NCBI GenBank assembly: GCA_017650085.1
Contig: JAGCFN010000019.1
Coordinates: 3,879 to 67,878, forward strand
Source of the DNA: Bacteroidaceae bacterium
Lineage (GTDB): Bacteria > Bacteroidota > Bacteroidia > Bacteroidales > Bacteroidaceae
Length of the DNA: 64,000 bases
Direction of reading: 5' to 3'
The translations under genes and the position numbers were made by a program. The stretch's first letter is position 1. The number at the start of each line of letters is the position of its first letter. A model generated the notes under the pieces. The model had not been told where the DNA came from. It saw only the letters and a program-made list of their open reading frames with translations, and ran no database searches. Below, piece after piece: positions 63,161-64,000 of this stretch.

Positions 63161-64000
63161 ATGGAAGACCTGCAACAAAAAGCCATCAACTATCTTCCTG
63201 GCATCGGGCCTGCTAGAGCCAAAATGCTGGAAGCTGAGCTGGGCATCAAGACCTGGCACGACTTGCTGTACACCTTCCCATACAAACATATCGACCGCAG
63301 CCGCTTATACAAAATCCGCGAGTTGACCACTGAGATGCCTTTTATGCAGGTCTTGGGACAATTCCTCAGTTTCGAGGAAGCGGGACAAGGGCGCAAGCAT
63401 CGTCTGACAGGACACTTCTGGGACGGAGAAATGTTTCTTGACGTCACCTGGTTTCATGGCATCAAATACATAAAGCAAAGCGTAAAGACACGAAAAGATT
63501 ATATCCTTTTCGGACGACCAGGCGTTTATGGAGGCAGGTTGAGCGTCATTCATCCCGACCTCGACAAGCCAGAGTCGATGACGCTCAGCAAAATGAGCAT
63601 GCAGCCTTATTACTCCACAACGGAGCGCATGAAGAAGGCTGGCATGACATCACGTTCTTTGGAGAACTTCACTAGCTCGCTCTTTACAAAACTTACCTGG
63701 ACATTACCCGAGACATTGCCGCAGTATCTCATTGAGCGACTGCACCTTATGCCTCTTGACAAAGCACTCCGAGCCGCGCACTACCCCAATACTGCCGATG
63801 AGTTGGCAGCAGCAAACATGCGACTTAAGTTCGAGGAGTTGTTCTTCATCCAGCTCGTCATAATGTCCTACGCCCGCAAACGACAACAAGAACGTGTTGG
63901 TCGTCGATTCGCTCGTGTTGGTAATGCATTCAACACCTTTTACCACAAATACCTTCCTTTCCCACTGACCGAAGCACAGAAGCGTGTTATCCGAGAGATG
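63161..64000 (+). CDS. recG: ATP-dependent DNA helicase RecG (3' end outside window)
   Basis: Found by hand and open to the window end. MEDLQQKAINYLPGIGPARAKMLEAELGI.., OB/wedge region, ..LPFPLTEAQKRVIREM just before the helicase core. Confidence 0.85.
   Translation, partial: MEDLQQKAINYLPGIGPARAKMLEAELGIKTWHDLLYTFPYKHIDRSRLYKIRELTTEMPFMQVLGQFLSFEEAGQGRKHRLTGHFWDGEMFLDVTWFHGIKYIKQSVKTRKDYILFGRPGVYGGRLSVIHPDLDKPESMTLSKMSMQPYYSTTERMKKAGMTSRSLENFTSSLFTKLTWTLPETLPQYLIERLHLMPLDKALRAAHYPNTADELAAANMRLKFEELFFIQLVIMSYARKRQQERVGRRFARVGNAFNTFYHKYLPFPLTEAQKRVIREM

Noticed and set aside
1-64000. Search for defence systems, prophage, IS elements, conjugative elements, toxin-antitoxin pairs or RiPP/BGC clusters
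   Set aside because: No integrase, transposase, phage structural, restriction-modification, Cas, abortive-infection, relaxase, radical-SAM-peptide or polyketide/NRPS signatures were seen in any frame. The TldD/PmbA pair has no nearby precursor-peptide-like ORF.

Overview
This 64-kb chromosomal segment looks like a Prevotella/Segatella-type Bacteroidota genome. That is an inference from TAnnTTTG -7 promoter boxes, several T9SS C-terminal sorting domains and Bacteroidota-specific DUF families. I call about 52 protein genes, one tRNA-Thr(TGT) and one candidate small RNA. Most genes are housekeeping or sugar catabolism: a hexuronate operon (exuT-uxuB-uxuA-uxaC), a rhamnose operon (rhaB-rhaA-MFS permease-rhaD-unknown), asd, tldD/pmbA, truA, rpmE2, nudC, a phosphoglucomutase, apbE, hemW, an EF-G2-like paralog, a histidine kinase/response regulator pair, nadK, ispD and recG. 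Five secreted proteins carry T9SS sorting domains and there are two secreted nucleases. I found no integrase, transposase, CRISPR array, toxin-antitoxin pair, recognisable defence island or biosynthetic cluster. What stands out is non-coding and architectural:
1. A family of 22-bp quasi-palindromic tandem-repeat arrays sits in nine intergenic regions.
2. Two paralogous solitary DUF4248 modules each carry a long nested palindrome and a conserved orphan promoter that fires into one of the arrays.
3. GC-rich inverted element pairs bracket the start codons of two unrelated genes.
4. A 1410-codon frame joins a CPA2 antiporter to a complete secreted S8 peptidase with no stop between them.
5. An unknown gene occupies the slot where the rhamnose operon normally has an oxidoreductase.
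6. A roughly 100-nt self-complementary RNA candidate lies directly upstream of tRNA-Thr.
All homology statements come from motif recognition by eye; no database search was possible.
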